Positions 1-9,190 are shown, numbered from the stretch's first letter. The stretch: 64,000 nt of DNA from an uncultured Bacilli bacterium (GCA_934098665.1 CAKOOO010000004.1:22031-86030); one strand, 5' to 3'. Notes: generated by a model not told the origin, from the sequence alone. A program made the numbers and translations.

Positions 1-1231
1 AATAGTAGTACCCATGCAAATACATAAAACAATGCTTGCTGATAACTACAAAGAAACTATTGATACAATATTACAAAATTTAACTGGTAAAACATTTAAT
101 ATTGAATATTTTACGGAAGATGAACTTCCAAAAGAAGAAAATATTTTACCAAAAGAAAAAAATGAAACTTCTAATGATGAGACGTGGATAACAAATTTAA
201 ATCCAAAATTTACATTCGAATCATTTGTAGTAGGGGAATCAAATAGACTTGCAGTAGTATCTGCACATGCAGTTGCAGAAAATCCAGGGTCAATTCATAA
301 TCCATTATTTCTTTATGGAAGAAGTGGAATTGGTAAAACTCACTTAATGCATGCAATTGGAAATTATATTGTTTCACACTCAAATAAAAAAGTTTTATAT
401 GTTACAAGTAATGAATTTGTTGAAGATTATACTGGAATAGCTAGCATAGAAAAGGGAATTAGTACTTTAAACTATGCTAAAAATTTCAAAGACAAATATA
501 AAAATGTTGATGTTTTAATAATAGATGATATTCAGTTTTTAGTAGGTGCAGATAAATCTCAACAAGAATTTTTTCATACATTTAACGCACTTTATCAGTC
601 AAATAAACAAATAATTATTAGTTCTGATAGATCGCCAGATGATTTAAAAAAAATTGAAGATAGACTTAGAAGTAGATTTATGTGGGGACTTCCTGTTGAT
701 ATATATCCACCTGATTTTGCTCTAAGATGTAAGATTATTCACAGTAAAATAAAAAATACTTCTTTAGAAGATAGATTAAATCAAGAAGTTATTGAGTATA
801 TTGCTAATTCTTGTCAAAATGATATTAGATTTATTGAAGGAACCATTAATAGATTAATGGCATACACCGCAATGATGGTACCAGATAAAATTGATTTAAA
901 CTTTGCAATTGAGGCTTTAAAGGATTATTTAAGTGTTAATATATATGCTGATAATTCAATTAGTAAGATTCAAAAAACTGTTGCTGACTATTTTGGAATA
1001 ACTGTAACAGATTTAAAAAGTAAAAAGAAAGTATCAAATATTAGTAAACCTAGACATATAGCTATTTATCTATGTAGAATTGAGACTGATGAAAAATTAG
1101 AAAGAATAGGTCTAGAATTTGGAGGGAGGGATCATTCAACTATTTCTGCATCTGTTGATAAGATTAATAATGACATTAAAAAAGATGAAAAATTAAATAA
1201 TGTTATCAAAGAAATTAAAAATAAGTTATAA
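1..1231 (+). CDS. dnaA: Chromosomal replication initiator DnaA, 5' end cut by the window edge
   Basis: Walker A GRSGIGKTHLMHAIGNY, AAA+ core, and C-terminal DnaA-box-binding region (KPRHIAIYLCR...GGRDHSTI). The frame is open from nt 2 and the first in-window ATG is at 14. Compared with Bacillus DnaA, roughly 40-50 N-terminal residues appear to lie upstream of the window. Confidence 0.95.
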   Translation, partial: IVVPMQIHKTMLADNYKETIDTILQNLTGKTFNIEYFTEDELPKEENILPKEKNETSNDETWITNLNPKFTFESFVVGESNRLAVVSAHAVAENPGSIHNPLFLYGRSGIGKTHLMHAIGNYIVSHSNKKVLYVTSNEFVEDYTGIASIEKGISTLNYAKNFKDKYKNVDVLIIDDIQFLVGADKSQQEFFHTFNALYQSNKQIIISSDRSPDDLKKIEDRLRSRFMWGLPVDIYPPDFALRCKIIHSKIKNTSLEDRLNQEVIEYIANSCQNDIRFIEGTINRLMAYTAMMVPDKIDLNFAIEALKDYLSVNIYADNSISKIQKTVADYFGITVTDLKSKKKVSNISKPRHIAIYLCRIETDEKLERIGLEFGGRDHSTISASVDKINNDIKKDEKLNNVIKEIKNKL

Positions 1232-1368
1232 GTTTGTGGAATTGAAGTTGATAAATTTTTTACAAAAAGGGACAATTTTTTAAGTAGATAAGAAAAATAA
1301 ATAAGTTATCAACATAATCCACCTTATAAATATAATAATAATTAATAATAAAAGAAAGAAGGATTAAA
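1232..1368. other. dnaA-dnaN intergenic origin segment (oriC/incC-like): DnaA-box-like 9-mers followed by an AT-rich stretch
   Basis: TTATCAACA at 1306-1314 matches the box TTATCCACA at 8/9. It is directly abutted by TAATCCACC at 1315-1323 (7/9). A weaker complement-strand box TGTGGAATT lies at 1235-1243 (6/9). An almost pure A/T run with ATA/TAA 3-mer periodicity spans 1324-1350. The position between dnaA and dnaN is typical of Firmicute oriC. Confidence 0.5.
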
Positions 1369-2484
1369 ATGAAATTTACAATTAAAAAAAATATTATATT
1401 AGAAGCTTTATCAAACGCAGTTAGAGCTTTATCAACAAAAATAACTATTCCTGTTTTAAATGGAATATTATTAAACTTAACAAATGAAGGTTTAGAGGTT
1501 CAAGCAAGTGATAGTGAACTTACAATAAAAACAACAATTAACGCAAAAGATATTATTAACATTGAAACTGAAGGAAGAGCTGTTTTACAAAGTAGGTGTT
1601 TATTGGAAATAATTCGTAAAATGCCTAATGAAATTATAAATTTTGAAATAACAGAAAATAATAACATAAAAATATATTCTGATATTAATGAATATATAAT
1701 TGAATGTTATAATATTGGGGAATATCCAAATATCACTCTTGAAAGAAGTCAAAATTTAATACATTTATCATCTAAACTTTTAAAAGAAATGTTAAATCAA
1801 ACATCATATGCAATGAGTCTTCAAGAAGTACGTCCATTATTAACAGGATTAAATCTAAAAATAAATGGTGATATTTTGGAATGTACTGCAACAGATTCAT
1901 ATAGATTAGCTAAAAAAACAGTTAAGTTAGATACACCAATACAAAATAGTATTAACATAGTTATACCAGGAAAAAGTGTTAATGAACTTGTGTATATTTT
2001 AAAAGATGAAGGAGATGTAGTAATTGACTTATTTAAAAATAAAGTTTTATTTACTTATAATAATATTTTATTTCAAACAGCACTATTAAATGGAACTTAT
2101 CCTGACACTTCAAATTATATTCCAAAAGATTTTAGTTATATGATAAACTTAAATTTAAAAGAATATTATAGTGCTATTGATAGAGCATCAACTATTATGA
2201 TAAGTAAAGATAAAAATATTATAAAAATGATTATAGATAATAAAAAAATGACTTTATATGGTTCTTCATCAGATAGTAAAAGTAAAGAGGAACTAGTAAT
2301 TGACTGTAACAATAAGGAAAAGTTAGAAATTAGTTATTCATCTAAATATATGCTTGATGCATTAAAAGTATTAGATAGTGAAAATATTATTTTATTAATA
2401 AATGGAGATGATAAACCAATAATAATCAACAGTGTTGATGATGATACAATAATAGAACTAATATTACCAATAAAAACTTATTAA
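1369..2484 (+). CDS. dnaN: DNA polymerase III beta sliding clamp
   Basis: 371 aa directly after dnaA with typical clamp length. Family-like blocks include TATDSYRLA and the C-terminal PIIINS...LILPIKTY. RBS GAAGGA lies upstream. Confidence 0.95.
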   Translation: MKFTIKKNIILEALSNAVRALSTKITIPVLNGILLNLTNEGLEVQASDSELTIKTTINAKDIINIETEGRAVLQSRCLLEIIRKMPNEIINFEITENNNIKIYSDINEYIIECYNIGEYPNITLERSQNLIHLSSKLLKEMLNQTSYAMSLQEVRPLLTGLNLKINGDILECTATDSYRLAKKTVKLDTPIQNSINIVIPGKSVNELVYILKDEGDVVIDLFKNKVLFTYNNILFQTALLNGTYPDTSNYIPKDFSYMINLNLKEYYSAIDRASTIMISKDKNIIKMIIDNKKMTLYGSSSDSKSKEELVIDCNNKEKLEISYSSKYMLDALKVLDSENIILLINGDDKPIIINSVDDDTIIELILPIKTY

Positions 2485-2548
2485 CATCCATAAAATGACA
2501 TAAAATTACATTTATAATGTGTTATTATGTTTTTGTCAGGGGGACAAT

Positions 2549-2992
2549 ATGGACAAATATATAATAAACGAAAACACAATTTTAATAATGCCATTTGAAA
2601 AAAAGTCAAAAGTAATAGAAACATATATAACTTATATTATTGATAATAGTGTAATGAATATAATAGATGAAAGTTGTAAATATTATGGTAGTAATCTAAT
2701 AGGTAGAATAAAATCCACAAAATATTTAACTGGGTTAAGTACGAAATTACCCATTGTAATAAGTGAAAAATATAATTTAATATTTTTTCCAACAACATCA
2801 TATAAAAATGACAAATGTATTTGGATAAATTATCATTCAATTATTGAATACTATTCAAATAATAAACAGCATATTAACATTTTATTAAATAATGAAAAAA
2901 GAATTACTTTAGATGTTTCAAATAATGTTTTTAATAAACAGTTATTTAAAGCCTCAAGATTAGAAACAATTTTAAAAAGAAACAACAAATAA
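2549..2992 (+). CDS. comK: ComK-family competence transcription factor-like protein (short, 147 aa)
   Basis: IIDESCKYYGSNLIGRIKSTKYLTGLSTKLPIVISEKYNLIFFPTTSYKNDKCIWINYHSI is collinear with B. subtilis ComK IVDRSCRFFGSSYAGRKAGTYEVTKISHKPPIMVDPSNQIFLFPTLSSTRPQCGWISHVHV. The start is moved from GTG 2519 to ATG 2549 because of the GGGGGA RBS at 2538-2543. Confidence 0.75.
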   Translation: MDKYIINENTILIMPFEKKSKVIETYITYIIDNSVMNIIDESCKYYGSNLIGRIKSTKYLTGLSTKLPIVISEKYNLIFFPTTSYKNDKCIWINYHSIIEYYSNNKQHINILLNNEKRITLDVSNNVFNKQLFKASRLETILKRNNK

Positions 2993-3090
2993 TTCTTTTT
3001 TTTATGCCTAATTTATGATATAATGTAATTGTGTATAGGAGTACAAGGAAAGGGGTAAAATTGTTAAAATACTATTAAAAAGAGGTAAAA

Positions 3091-4173
3091 ATGAAAATAA
3101 GCAATTTAAGACTTGTTAATTTTAGAAATTATGATACATTAAATATTGATTTTTCAAATGCATTAAATATTATTTATGGAGATAATGGCTCTGGTAAATC
3201 AAATTTAATTGAAGCTATTTATTTATTGTCACTTACTAAATCTTTTAGAACACTTGATGACAAAAACTTAATTAATAAAAATTACAAAGTAGCTTTAATA
3301 AAGGGAGTAGTTGACGAAAAAACTTATTTTATTGAACTTTCTAAAGATGATAAAAAAATCTTTATAGATAATAAAAAAGTTGTAAAAATATCTGATTATA
3401 TTTCAAAAATAAATATTATTTTATTTAATCCATTAGATACAAAAATTATAAGTGATTCACCAAGTGTTCGTAGAAAAATGCTTAATATCGAAATTTCTCA
3501 AATTAATTATTCTTATGTTTCTTTAATTAGTTCTTATAATAAGATTTTAAAACATCGTAATGCTTATCTTAAAAATTTATTGTTAAATGGTAATGCCTCC
3601 TATGAATATTTAGATATTTTAACAAATAAACTTGTTGATCTTGGATACCAAATACATAAAATTAGAGAGGATTATGTTAAATTAATCAACGAAAATTTAA
3701 CTAATATTTATAAAAACATATTTACTGAAGGAAGTTTAATAATTAAATATGTTAGTTCATTTAATAATAAAGATATTAGTGAAATTCATAAAGTGTATAA
3801 GGATAATTATCGTAAAGAAATTAATTATGGTAAAACATTAAGCGGTGTTCATCATGACGATATTGAATTTATATTGGATGGATATAATATTAAAGAATAT
3901 GGTAGTGTTGGACAACAAAAAAACGCAATTATATCATTTAAATTATCAGAATTAATTATAATAAAAAAATTAAATGGAACTTATCCTATTTTAATTTTAG
4001 ATGATTTATTTTCAGAACTTGATGATAACAAGATTAATAACATAATTAAAATGCTAAATAAGGAAGTACAAACTTTTATAACTACAACAAATATTAATAA
4101 TGTAGATAAAGATTTACTTACTGATAGCTATATTTATTATATAAAAAATGGCAAAATAGAAAGGAAGAATTAA
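3091..4173 (+). CDS. recF: DNA replication and repair protein RecF
   Basis: N-terminal L.L.NFRNY...[14 protein letters not shown] Walker A, signature GSVGQQKN, and Walker [13 protein letters not shown]. Conserved position before gyrB. Confidence 0.92.
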   Translation: MKISNLRLVNFRNYDTLNIDFSNALNIIYGDNGSGKSNLIEAIYLLSLTKSFRTLDDKNLINKNYKVALIKGVVDEKTYFIELSKDDKKIFIDNKKVVKISDYISKINIILFNPLDTKIISDSPSVRRKMLNIEISQINYSYVSLISSYNKILKHRNAYLKNLLLNGNASYEYLDILTNKLVDLGYQIHKIREDYVKLINENLTNIYKNIFTEGSLIIKYVSSFNNKDISEIHKVYKDNYRKEINYGKTLSGVHHDDIEFILDGYNIKEYGSVGQQKNAIISFKLSELIIIKKLNGTYPILILDDLFSELDDNKINNIIKMLNKEVQTFITTTNINNVDKDLLTDSYIYYIKNGKIERKN

Positions 4174-4175
4174 TT

Positions 4176-6095
4176 ATGGCAGAACATTATGATGCATCAG
4201 ATATTCAGGTATTAGAGGGTCTAGAAGCTGTTAGAAAAAGACCTGGTATGTATATAGGAACAACTGATGTAAAAGGACTTCATCATTTAGTGTGGGAAAT
4301 TGTTGATAATTCTATTGATGAGGCTTTAGCAGGATATTGTAAAAATATTGAGGTAATTGTTAATAAGGATAATTCAGTTACTGTAAAAGATGATGGAAGG
4401 GGTATACCAGTTGATATACATCCAAAAACAGGTTTATCGACAGTTGAGACAGTTTATACAGTACTTCATGCTGGAGGTAAATTTGGTGGAGGAGGATACA
4501 AAGTATCTGGTGGGTTACATGGAGTTGGTGCTTCAGTAGTAAACGCTCTTTCATCATGGTTAGAAGTAAAAGTATTTAAAAATAGTAAAATTTATTACAT
4601 TAAATTTTCTAATGGAGGACATGCCGTTGAAAAATTACATGAAATAGGTGACTGTGAACCTAACCGTACAGGAACATGGGTTACTTTTAAACCAGATTGT
4701 GAAATTTTTGATACAACAGTTTATGATTATGAGACTTTAAAAGTAAGATTAAGAGAGCTAGCATTTTTAAATAGGGGTTTAAGAATTACTTTAAGAGATG
4801 ATAGAGATGAAGAAGACACAACTGGAGACACATTTATGTATGAAGGTGGTATAGCTGAATATGTAAAATTTATCAACAAAAATAAAACACCAATTCATGA
4901 AGATATTATTCATTTACAAGGTGAAGAAGCTGGTGTATTTTTTGAAGTTGCTTTACAATATAATGATGGATATAATGATAATATTTATTCATTTGTTAAC
5001 AATATTAATACACATGATGGGGGAACACACGAAGAAGGTGTAAGAAGAGCACTTACGAGAGTAATAAATAATTATGCAAGAAAAGCAAATTTACTAAAAG
5101 AAAAAGATGAATCATTAACTGGTGATGATGTTAAAGAAGGGTTAACAATGATTATATCTTGTAAACATCCTAATCCCCAATTTGAAGGACAAACAAAAGG
5201 TAGACTCGGAAATTCTGAGGTTAGAAAACTTGCTGATAATGTCTTTTCAGAGGGTTTTGAAAAATTTTTATTAGAAAATCCAGCGGATGCAAAAGTTATT
5301 GTTGAAAAAGCGATGCTTGCTTGTCGTGCTAGAAATGCTGCAAAAAAGGCAAGAGAAATTACTAGAAAAACAGATTTAGCAGTAACAAATTTTTTTGGTA
5401 AATTATGTGATTGTAAAAGTAAAGATCCAAACGAATCAGAAATATTTATAGTCGAGGGAGATAGTGCAGGTGGATCAGCAAAAAAAAGTAGAGATTCATT
5501 AAGACAAGCAATATTACCTTTACGTGGTAAAATATTAAACGTTGAAAAAAATAGGTTAGACAGGGCATTAAATAACGCAGAAATAAGGTCCATAATTACA
5601 GCATTTGGTACTGGAATAGGTGATGAATTTAATTTAGAAAAATTACGTTATAATAAAATTATTATAATGACCGATGCCGATGTTGATGGAGCTCATATTA
5701 GAATATTACTTTTAACGTTATTTTATCGTTTTTTTAGACCTATTGTTGAGGCTGGACATGTATATGCTGCTCAACCACCTTTATTTAGAATTAGATATGG
5801 TAAAACAAGAAAATATGTACTAGATGAAAAAGAAAAAGATGCTTATTTAAATTCTTTACCAGAAAATGTAAGAAATAGAGTTGAAATAACAAGAATGAAA
5901 GGTCTTGGTGAAATGGATCCTGAAGAGTTAAACGAAACTACAATGGATATAGAAAAAAGAACTTTAAGGAAAATAGTAGTTGAAGATTGTATGATGGCTG
6001 ACGAAATATTTAGCAAATTAATGGGTGATGAAGTTGAACCAAGAAGAGAGTTTATTGAAGAAAATGCAATAAATGTACAAAATTTGGATATATAG
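4176..6095 (+). CDS. gyrB: DNA gyrase subunit B
   Basis: [29 protein letters not shown] ATPase motifs, Toprim [15 protein letters not shown], and [13 protein letters not shown]. Confidence 0.98.
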   Translation: MAEHYDASDIQVLEGLEAVRKRPGMYIGTTDVKGLHHLVWEIVDNSIDEALAGYCKNIEVIVNKDNSVTVKDDGRGIPVDIHPKTGLSTVETVYTVLHAGGKFGGGGYKVSGGLHGVGASVVNALSSWLEVKVFKNSKIYYIKFSNGGHAVEKLHEIGDCEPNRTGTWVTFKPDCEIFDTTVYDYETLKVRLRELAFLNRGLRITLRDDRDEEDTTGDTFMYEGGIAEYVKFINKNKTPIHEDIIHLQGEEAGVFFEVALQYNDGYNDNIYSFVNNINTHDGGTHEEGVRRALTRVINNYARKANLLKEKDESLTGDDVKEGLTMIISCKHPNPQFEGQTKGRLGNSEVRKLADNVFSEGFEKFLLENPADAKVIVEKAMLACRARNAAKKAREITRKTDLAVTNFFGKLCDCKSKDPNESEIFIVEGDSAGGSAKKSRDSLRQAILPLRGKILNVEKNRLDRALNNAEIRSIITAFGTGIGDEFNLEKLRYNKIIIMTDADVDGAHIRILLLTLFYRFFRPIVEAGHVYAAQPPLFRIRYGKTRKYVLDEKEKDAYLNSLPENVRNRVEITRMKGLGEMDPEELNETTMDIEKRTLRKIVVEDCMMADEIFSKLMGDEVEPRREFIEENAINVQNLDI

Positions 6096-6106
6096 GAGGT
6101 TTTTAA

Positions 6107-8614
6107 ATGGATAATGATAAAGAAAATATTATAAATGATGATGAAGAAATAATTGTTGATGATGAATATTCAGGTGAATTTCACGAAAAAGATAAACATA
6201 TTGAAAATAATATTGTTAATGAAGTAAAAACATCTTTTCTTGATTATTCTATGAGTGTTATTACTTCAAGAGCATTACCTGATTTAAGAGATGGGTTAAA
6301 ACCAGTTCATAGACGTATTTTATGGTCTATGTATGAAGAAGGTAATACGCCTGACAAACCACATAAAAAATCCGCTACTACAGTTGGATACGTTATGGGA
6401 CATTACCATCCTCATGGCGATTCTTCTATTTATGATGCGATGGTTAGACTTGCACAAGATTTTAATCAAAGATACATGCTTGTCGATGGACATGGAAATT
6501 TTGGTACTATTGAGGGTGATGGTGCTGCTGCATATCGTTATACTGAGGCTCGTCTTGCAAAAATTTCTTTAGAATTATTAAGAGACATACAAAAAGATAC
6601 AGTTGATATGGATGATAACTATACTGCTACTGAAAAAGAACCTAAAGTACTTCCAAGTAGATTTCCAAATATTTTAGTTAATGGTTCAATGGGAATAGCA
6701 GTTGGTATGGCAACAAATATTCCACCACATAATTTAGGAGAAGTTATTGATGGTTGCATAGCATATATAGATAATCCTGAAATTAATACTTTAGAACTTA
6801 TGCAGTATATTAAAGGGCCAGACTTCCCAACAGGTGGTATTATTTTAGGTAATTCTGGTATAAAAAAAGCTTATGAAACAGGTAGAGGTACAATTACTAT
6901 ACGAAGTAGAGCTGTTATTGAAGAACACAATAATCATAATGTTATTGTTATATCAGAAGTACCTTTTGGTGTCAACACAGCGGAATTAAAAGATAAAGTT
7001 GCAGAACTTGTTCATAACAAAATATTAGATGGTATTTCAGATTATCATACTGACTTAAAAGATGGTATTAAAATTACTATAACCTTAAAAAAAGATGCAA
7101 ATCCTCAAGTTGTTTTAAATAATTTATTTAAACATACAGCATTTCAAATATCTTATGGAATAATATTTTTAATGCTTGATGATGGAACACCTAAAACTCT
7201 TGGTTTAAAAGATATTTTGGCTAAATATGTTGATTTTCAACGTGAAGTTATTATTAGAAGAACTAAATATGATTTAGGTAAAGCAGAAGCTAGAGTTCAT
7301 ATATTAAATGGTTTAAAAATAGCGCTTGATTACATAGATGAAGTTATAAAAATTATTAAATCAAGTAAAACAGATGAAATAGCTAAAAAAGAATTGAATG
7401 AACGTTTTGGATTAGATGATATACAGTCTGATGCAATATTAGAAATGAAACTAAAACGCCTAACAGGCCTTGAAAGAGATAAAATTGAATCTGAACTAGC
7501 TGATTTAATTAAATTAATAGATGAATTGAGATTTATTTTATCAAGTCCTGAAAAAGTAAATGAAATAATTAAAAATGAAATGTTAGAAATTAAGAATAAA
7601 TATAGTGATGAGCGAAGAACCTCAATTGATATGACAGCAATTGATTATATTGATGATGAATCACTTATCCCAGAAGAAAAAATAATGGTAGTATTAACAA
7701 AGAAAGGTTATATTAAACGTTCTAAACCAGATATATTTAGAACACAAAACCGTGGTGGAATGGGTGTTAAAGGTATAACAACCAATGATGAAGATTTTGT
7801 TGATCAAGCATGTAGTTTATCAACACATGATCATATTTTATTCTTTACTAATAAAGGAAAAGTATATAGAATGAAGGGTTATGAAATACCTGAATTTTCA
7901 AGAACATCTAAAGGACTTCCTATTGTTAATCTTTTACCACTTGAAAAAGAAGAATTTGTTACTTCAATTGTTTCCATAGAACAAAATAGTAATAAACAAT
8001 TTTTATTCTTTGCCACAAGCATGGGTATTGTTAAAAAAACATCAATTAATGAGTTTGAGAATATTAGAACATCAGGAAAAATATGTATTAGTTTAAAAGA
8101 TAAAGATGAATTAATTGGTGTAAAATTAACTTCAGAAAATGATTTAATACTTTTAGGTTCAAGTTCTGGTAAATTAGTTAAATTTAATGAAAATGAAGTT
8201 AGAACAATGGGAAGAACAGCTTCTGGAGTAAGAGGTATTAATCTAGATGGTGGTAAATGTATTTGTTTAGAGGTAGTCAATGAAAATGATACTATATTAA
8301 TTGTTACAGAACTTGGGTATGGTAAAAAAACTTCTGTGTCTGAATATAGACAAACAAAAAGAGGTAGTAAGGGTGTAAAAGCATTAAATATTACTGAAAA
8401 AAACGGAACCCTAGTATCAGTAAAACTTTCTGATGAAGAAAAAGATTTAATTATAATGACTAATATTGGAATAACAATTAAAATACCTATTAATCAATTA
8501 TCTAAATTAGGCAGAGCGACACAAGGAACTAGATTAATTAATTTAAAAGATAATCAATATGTAACTACAGTGAGCATTGTTGATAAATCATTAGAACACA
8601 TCAATGAAAACTAG
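6107..8614 (+). CDS. gyrA: DNA gyrase subunit A
   Basis: RALPDLRDGLKPVHRRILW, the QRDR-like block HPHGDSSIYDAMVRLAQDF, the catalytic-Tyr region AAAYRYTEARL, and C-terminal beta-pinwheel repeats. It has an approximately 35-aa acidic N-terminal extension. Confidence 0.98.
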   Translation: MDNDKENIINDDEEIIVDDEYSGEFHEKDKHIENNIVNEVKTSFLDYSMSVITSRALPDLRDGLKPVHRRILWSMYEEGNTPDKPHKKSATTVGYVMGHYHPHGDSSIYDAMVRLAQDFNQRYMLVDGHGNFGTIEGDGAAAYRYTEARLAKISLELLRDIQKDTVDMDDNYTATEKEPKVLPSRFPNILVNGSMGIAVGMATNIPPHNLGEVIDGCIAYIDNPEINTLELMQYIKGPDFPTGGIILGNSGIKKAYETGRGTITIRSRAVIEEHNNHNVIVISEVPFGVNTAELKDKVAELVHNKILDGISDYHTDLKDGIKITITLKKDANPQVVLNNLFKHTAFQISYGIIFLMLDDGTPKTLGLKDILAKYVDFQREVIIRRTKYDLGKAEARVHILNGLKIALDYIDEVIKIIKSSKTDEIAKKELNERFGLDDIQSDAILEMKLKRLTGLERDKIESELADLIKLIDELRFILSSPEKVNEIIKNEMLEIKNKYSDERRTSIDMTAIDYIDDESLIPEEKIMVVLTKKGYIKRSKPDIFRTQNRGGMGVKGITTNDEDFVDQACSLSTHDHILFFTNKGKVYRMKGYEIPEFSRTSKGLPIVNLLPLEKEEFVTSIVSIEQNSNKQFLFFATSMGIVKKTSINEFENIRTSGKICISLKDKDELIGVKLTSENDLILLGSSSGKLVKFNENEVRTMGRTASGVRGINLDGGKCICLEVVNENDTILIVTELGYGKKTSVSEYRQTKRGSKGVKALNITEKNGTLVSVKLSDEEKDLIIMTNIGITIKIPINQLSKLGRATQGTRLINLKDNQYVTTVSIVDKSLEHINEN

Positions 8615-8639
8615 AAAGTATACAATTTCTAGTTTTTTT
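8611..8639 (+). terminator. Rho-independent terminator after gyrA
   Basis: Stem CTAGAAA (8611-8617) pairs with TTTCTAG (8626-8632), followed by a T-run at 8633-8639. The stem overlaps the gyrA stop codon. Confidence 0.6.
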
Positions 8640-8659
8640 ATTTTATAAAATAGTATTAA

Positions 8660-8675
8660 TGTTTCACGTGAAACA
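8660..8675. promoter_or_regulatory. parS: parS (ParB/Spo0J binding site), copy 1
   Basis: TGTTTCACGTGAAACA is the perfectly palindromic form of the Firmicute parS consensus TGTTNCACGTGAAACA. Confidence 0.8.
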
Positions 8676-8760
8676 TAGTCAGTTTTCTAGCATATATTCC
8701 GATAAAAAACAGATATTAATATAAAAAAAGTATTATAAAAAGCATAATAAATATAATCAA

Positions 8761-8776
8761 TGTTTCACGTGAAACA
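8761..8776. promoter_or_regulatory. parS: parS, copy 2
   Basis: Identical 16-mer TGTTTCACGTGAAACA, 101 bp after copy 1. Confidence 0.8.
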
Positions 8777-8861
8777 TAGTCAATTTTTTAGCATATATTT
8801 CAATAAAAAGCAGATATTAATATAAAAAAAAGTATTAAAAAAACATAATAAATATAACCAA

Positions 8862-8877
8862 TGTTTCACGTGAAACA
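8862..8877. promoter_or_regulatory. parS: parS, copy 3
   Basis: Identical 16-mer TGTTTCACGTGAAACA, 101 bp after copy 2. Confidence 0.8.
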
Positions 8878-8962
8878 TAGTCAATTTTTTAGCATATATT
8901 CCGATAAAAAGCAGATATTAATATAAAAAAAGTATTATAAAAAGTATAATAAATATAACCAA

Positions 8963-8978
8963 TGTTTCACGTGAAACA
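8963..8978. promoter_or_regulatory. parS: parS, copy 4
   Basis: Identical 16-mer TGTTTCACGTGAAACA, 101 bp after copy 3. Confidence 0.8.
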
Positions 8979-9062
8979 TAGTTAAGTTTATAGCATATAT
9001 TCCAATAAAAAGTAGATATTAATATAAAAAATATTATATACAGAGTCAATTTAAAAAATATA

Positions 9063-9091
9063 TTGATAATTAATAAATATTTTGATAATAT
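9063..9091 (+). promoter_or_regulatory. Sigma-A-type promoter for the SRP RNA
   Basis: -35 TTGATA at 9063-9068, a 17-nt spacer, then an extended -10 TGATAATAT (TG at 9083-9084, TAATAT at 9086-9091). This places the transcription start near 9098. Confidence 0.5.
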
Positions 9092-9097
9092 AAACAT

Positions 9098-9168
9098 GTG
9101 CAACAAATATACTGTAATCTGGTCAGATTAGGAATAAAGCAGCCACATCAGTCACTATTTGTGTGCAC
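9098..9168 (+). ncRNA. ffs: Small (hairpin-type, 4.5S-like) signal recognition particle RNA
   Basis: CUGGUCAGAUUAGGAAUAAAGCAGCCACAUCAG matches the universally conserved SRP domain IV (E. coli 4.5S: CAGGUCAGGUCCGGAAGGAAGCAGCCAAGGCAG), including the GGAA tetraloop and AGCAGCC. Apical pairs show compensatory changes. The closing helix pairs GTGCAACAAATA (9098-9109) with TATTTGTGTGCAC (9156-9168), and a T-run follows at 9169-9178. It sits beside tadA/dnaX, as scr does in B. subtilis. Confidence 0.8.
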
Positions 9169-9190
9169 TTTTTATTTTGTAGGAGTATTT

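Larger units (their letters stand above)
8659..9040. repeat. Tandem array of about 3.8 copies of a 101-bp unit, each starting with an 18-bp perfect palindrome
   Basis: ATGTTTCACGTGAAACAT begins at 8659, 8760, 8861 and 8962, an exact 101-bp period. The remaining AT-rich part of each unit (..AGTCAATTTTTTAGCATATATTCCGATAAAAAGCAGATATTAATATAAAAAAAGTATTATAAAAAG.ATAATAAATATAACCA) is also conserved, with a few substitutions per copy. The fourth copy decays after about 9037. Confidence 0.95.

Noticed and set aside
2519-2548. GTG 2519 as the start of the ComK-like gene (MLLCFCQGDN extension).
   Set aside because: The GGGGGA Shine-Dalgarno lies inside this extension, 5 nt upstream of ATG 2549. The extension has no counterpart in ComK homologues.
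5072-5593. 173-aa antisense ORF inside gyrB. Similar embedded ORFs occur at 2637-2840, 6333-6572, 7879-8280, 13947-14195, 15981-16202, 16968-17216, 18607-18843, 19838-20038, 22840-23031, 23632-23850, 31923-32150, 34192-34377, 37506-37763, 38819-39016, 43515-43784, 44455-44649, 50573-50791, 51860-52270, 52838-53107, 53870-54247, 55875-56069, 56528-56719, 56720-56995, 58635-58841 and 63358-63639.
   Set aside because: All are fully contained within, or antisense to, strongly conserved genes. They show low-complexity composition and have no start context, as expected for chance ORFs in AT-rich DNA.
8659-9040. The regularly spaced repeats could be a CRISPR array.
   Set aside because: The entire 101-bp unit is repeated, including the would-be spacers, so there are no unique spacers. 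No cas genes are nearby. The conserved palindrome is a textbook parS sequence.
8918-9106. 62-aa minus-strand ORF inside the repeat array.
   Set aside because: It lies in low-complexity AT-rich repeat DNA. It has no RBS and no recognisable protein features, and its composition is a by-product of the repeat.
9098-9190. N-terminal 31 codons of the 169-aa ORF 9098-9607 (extended TadA).
   Set aside because: This segment folds as the SRP RNA and includes its T-run terminator. A good RBS (AGGAG) precedes ATG 9191, and the TadA homology starts there.
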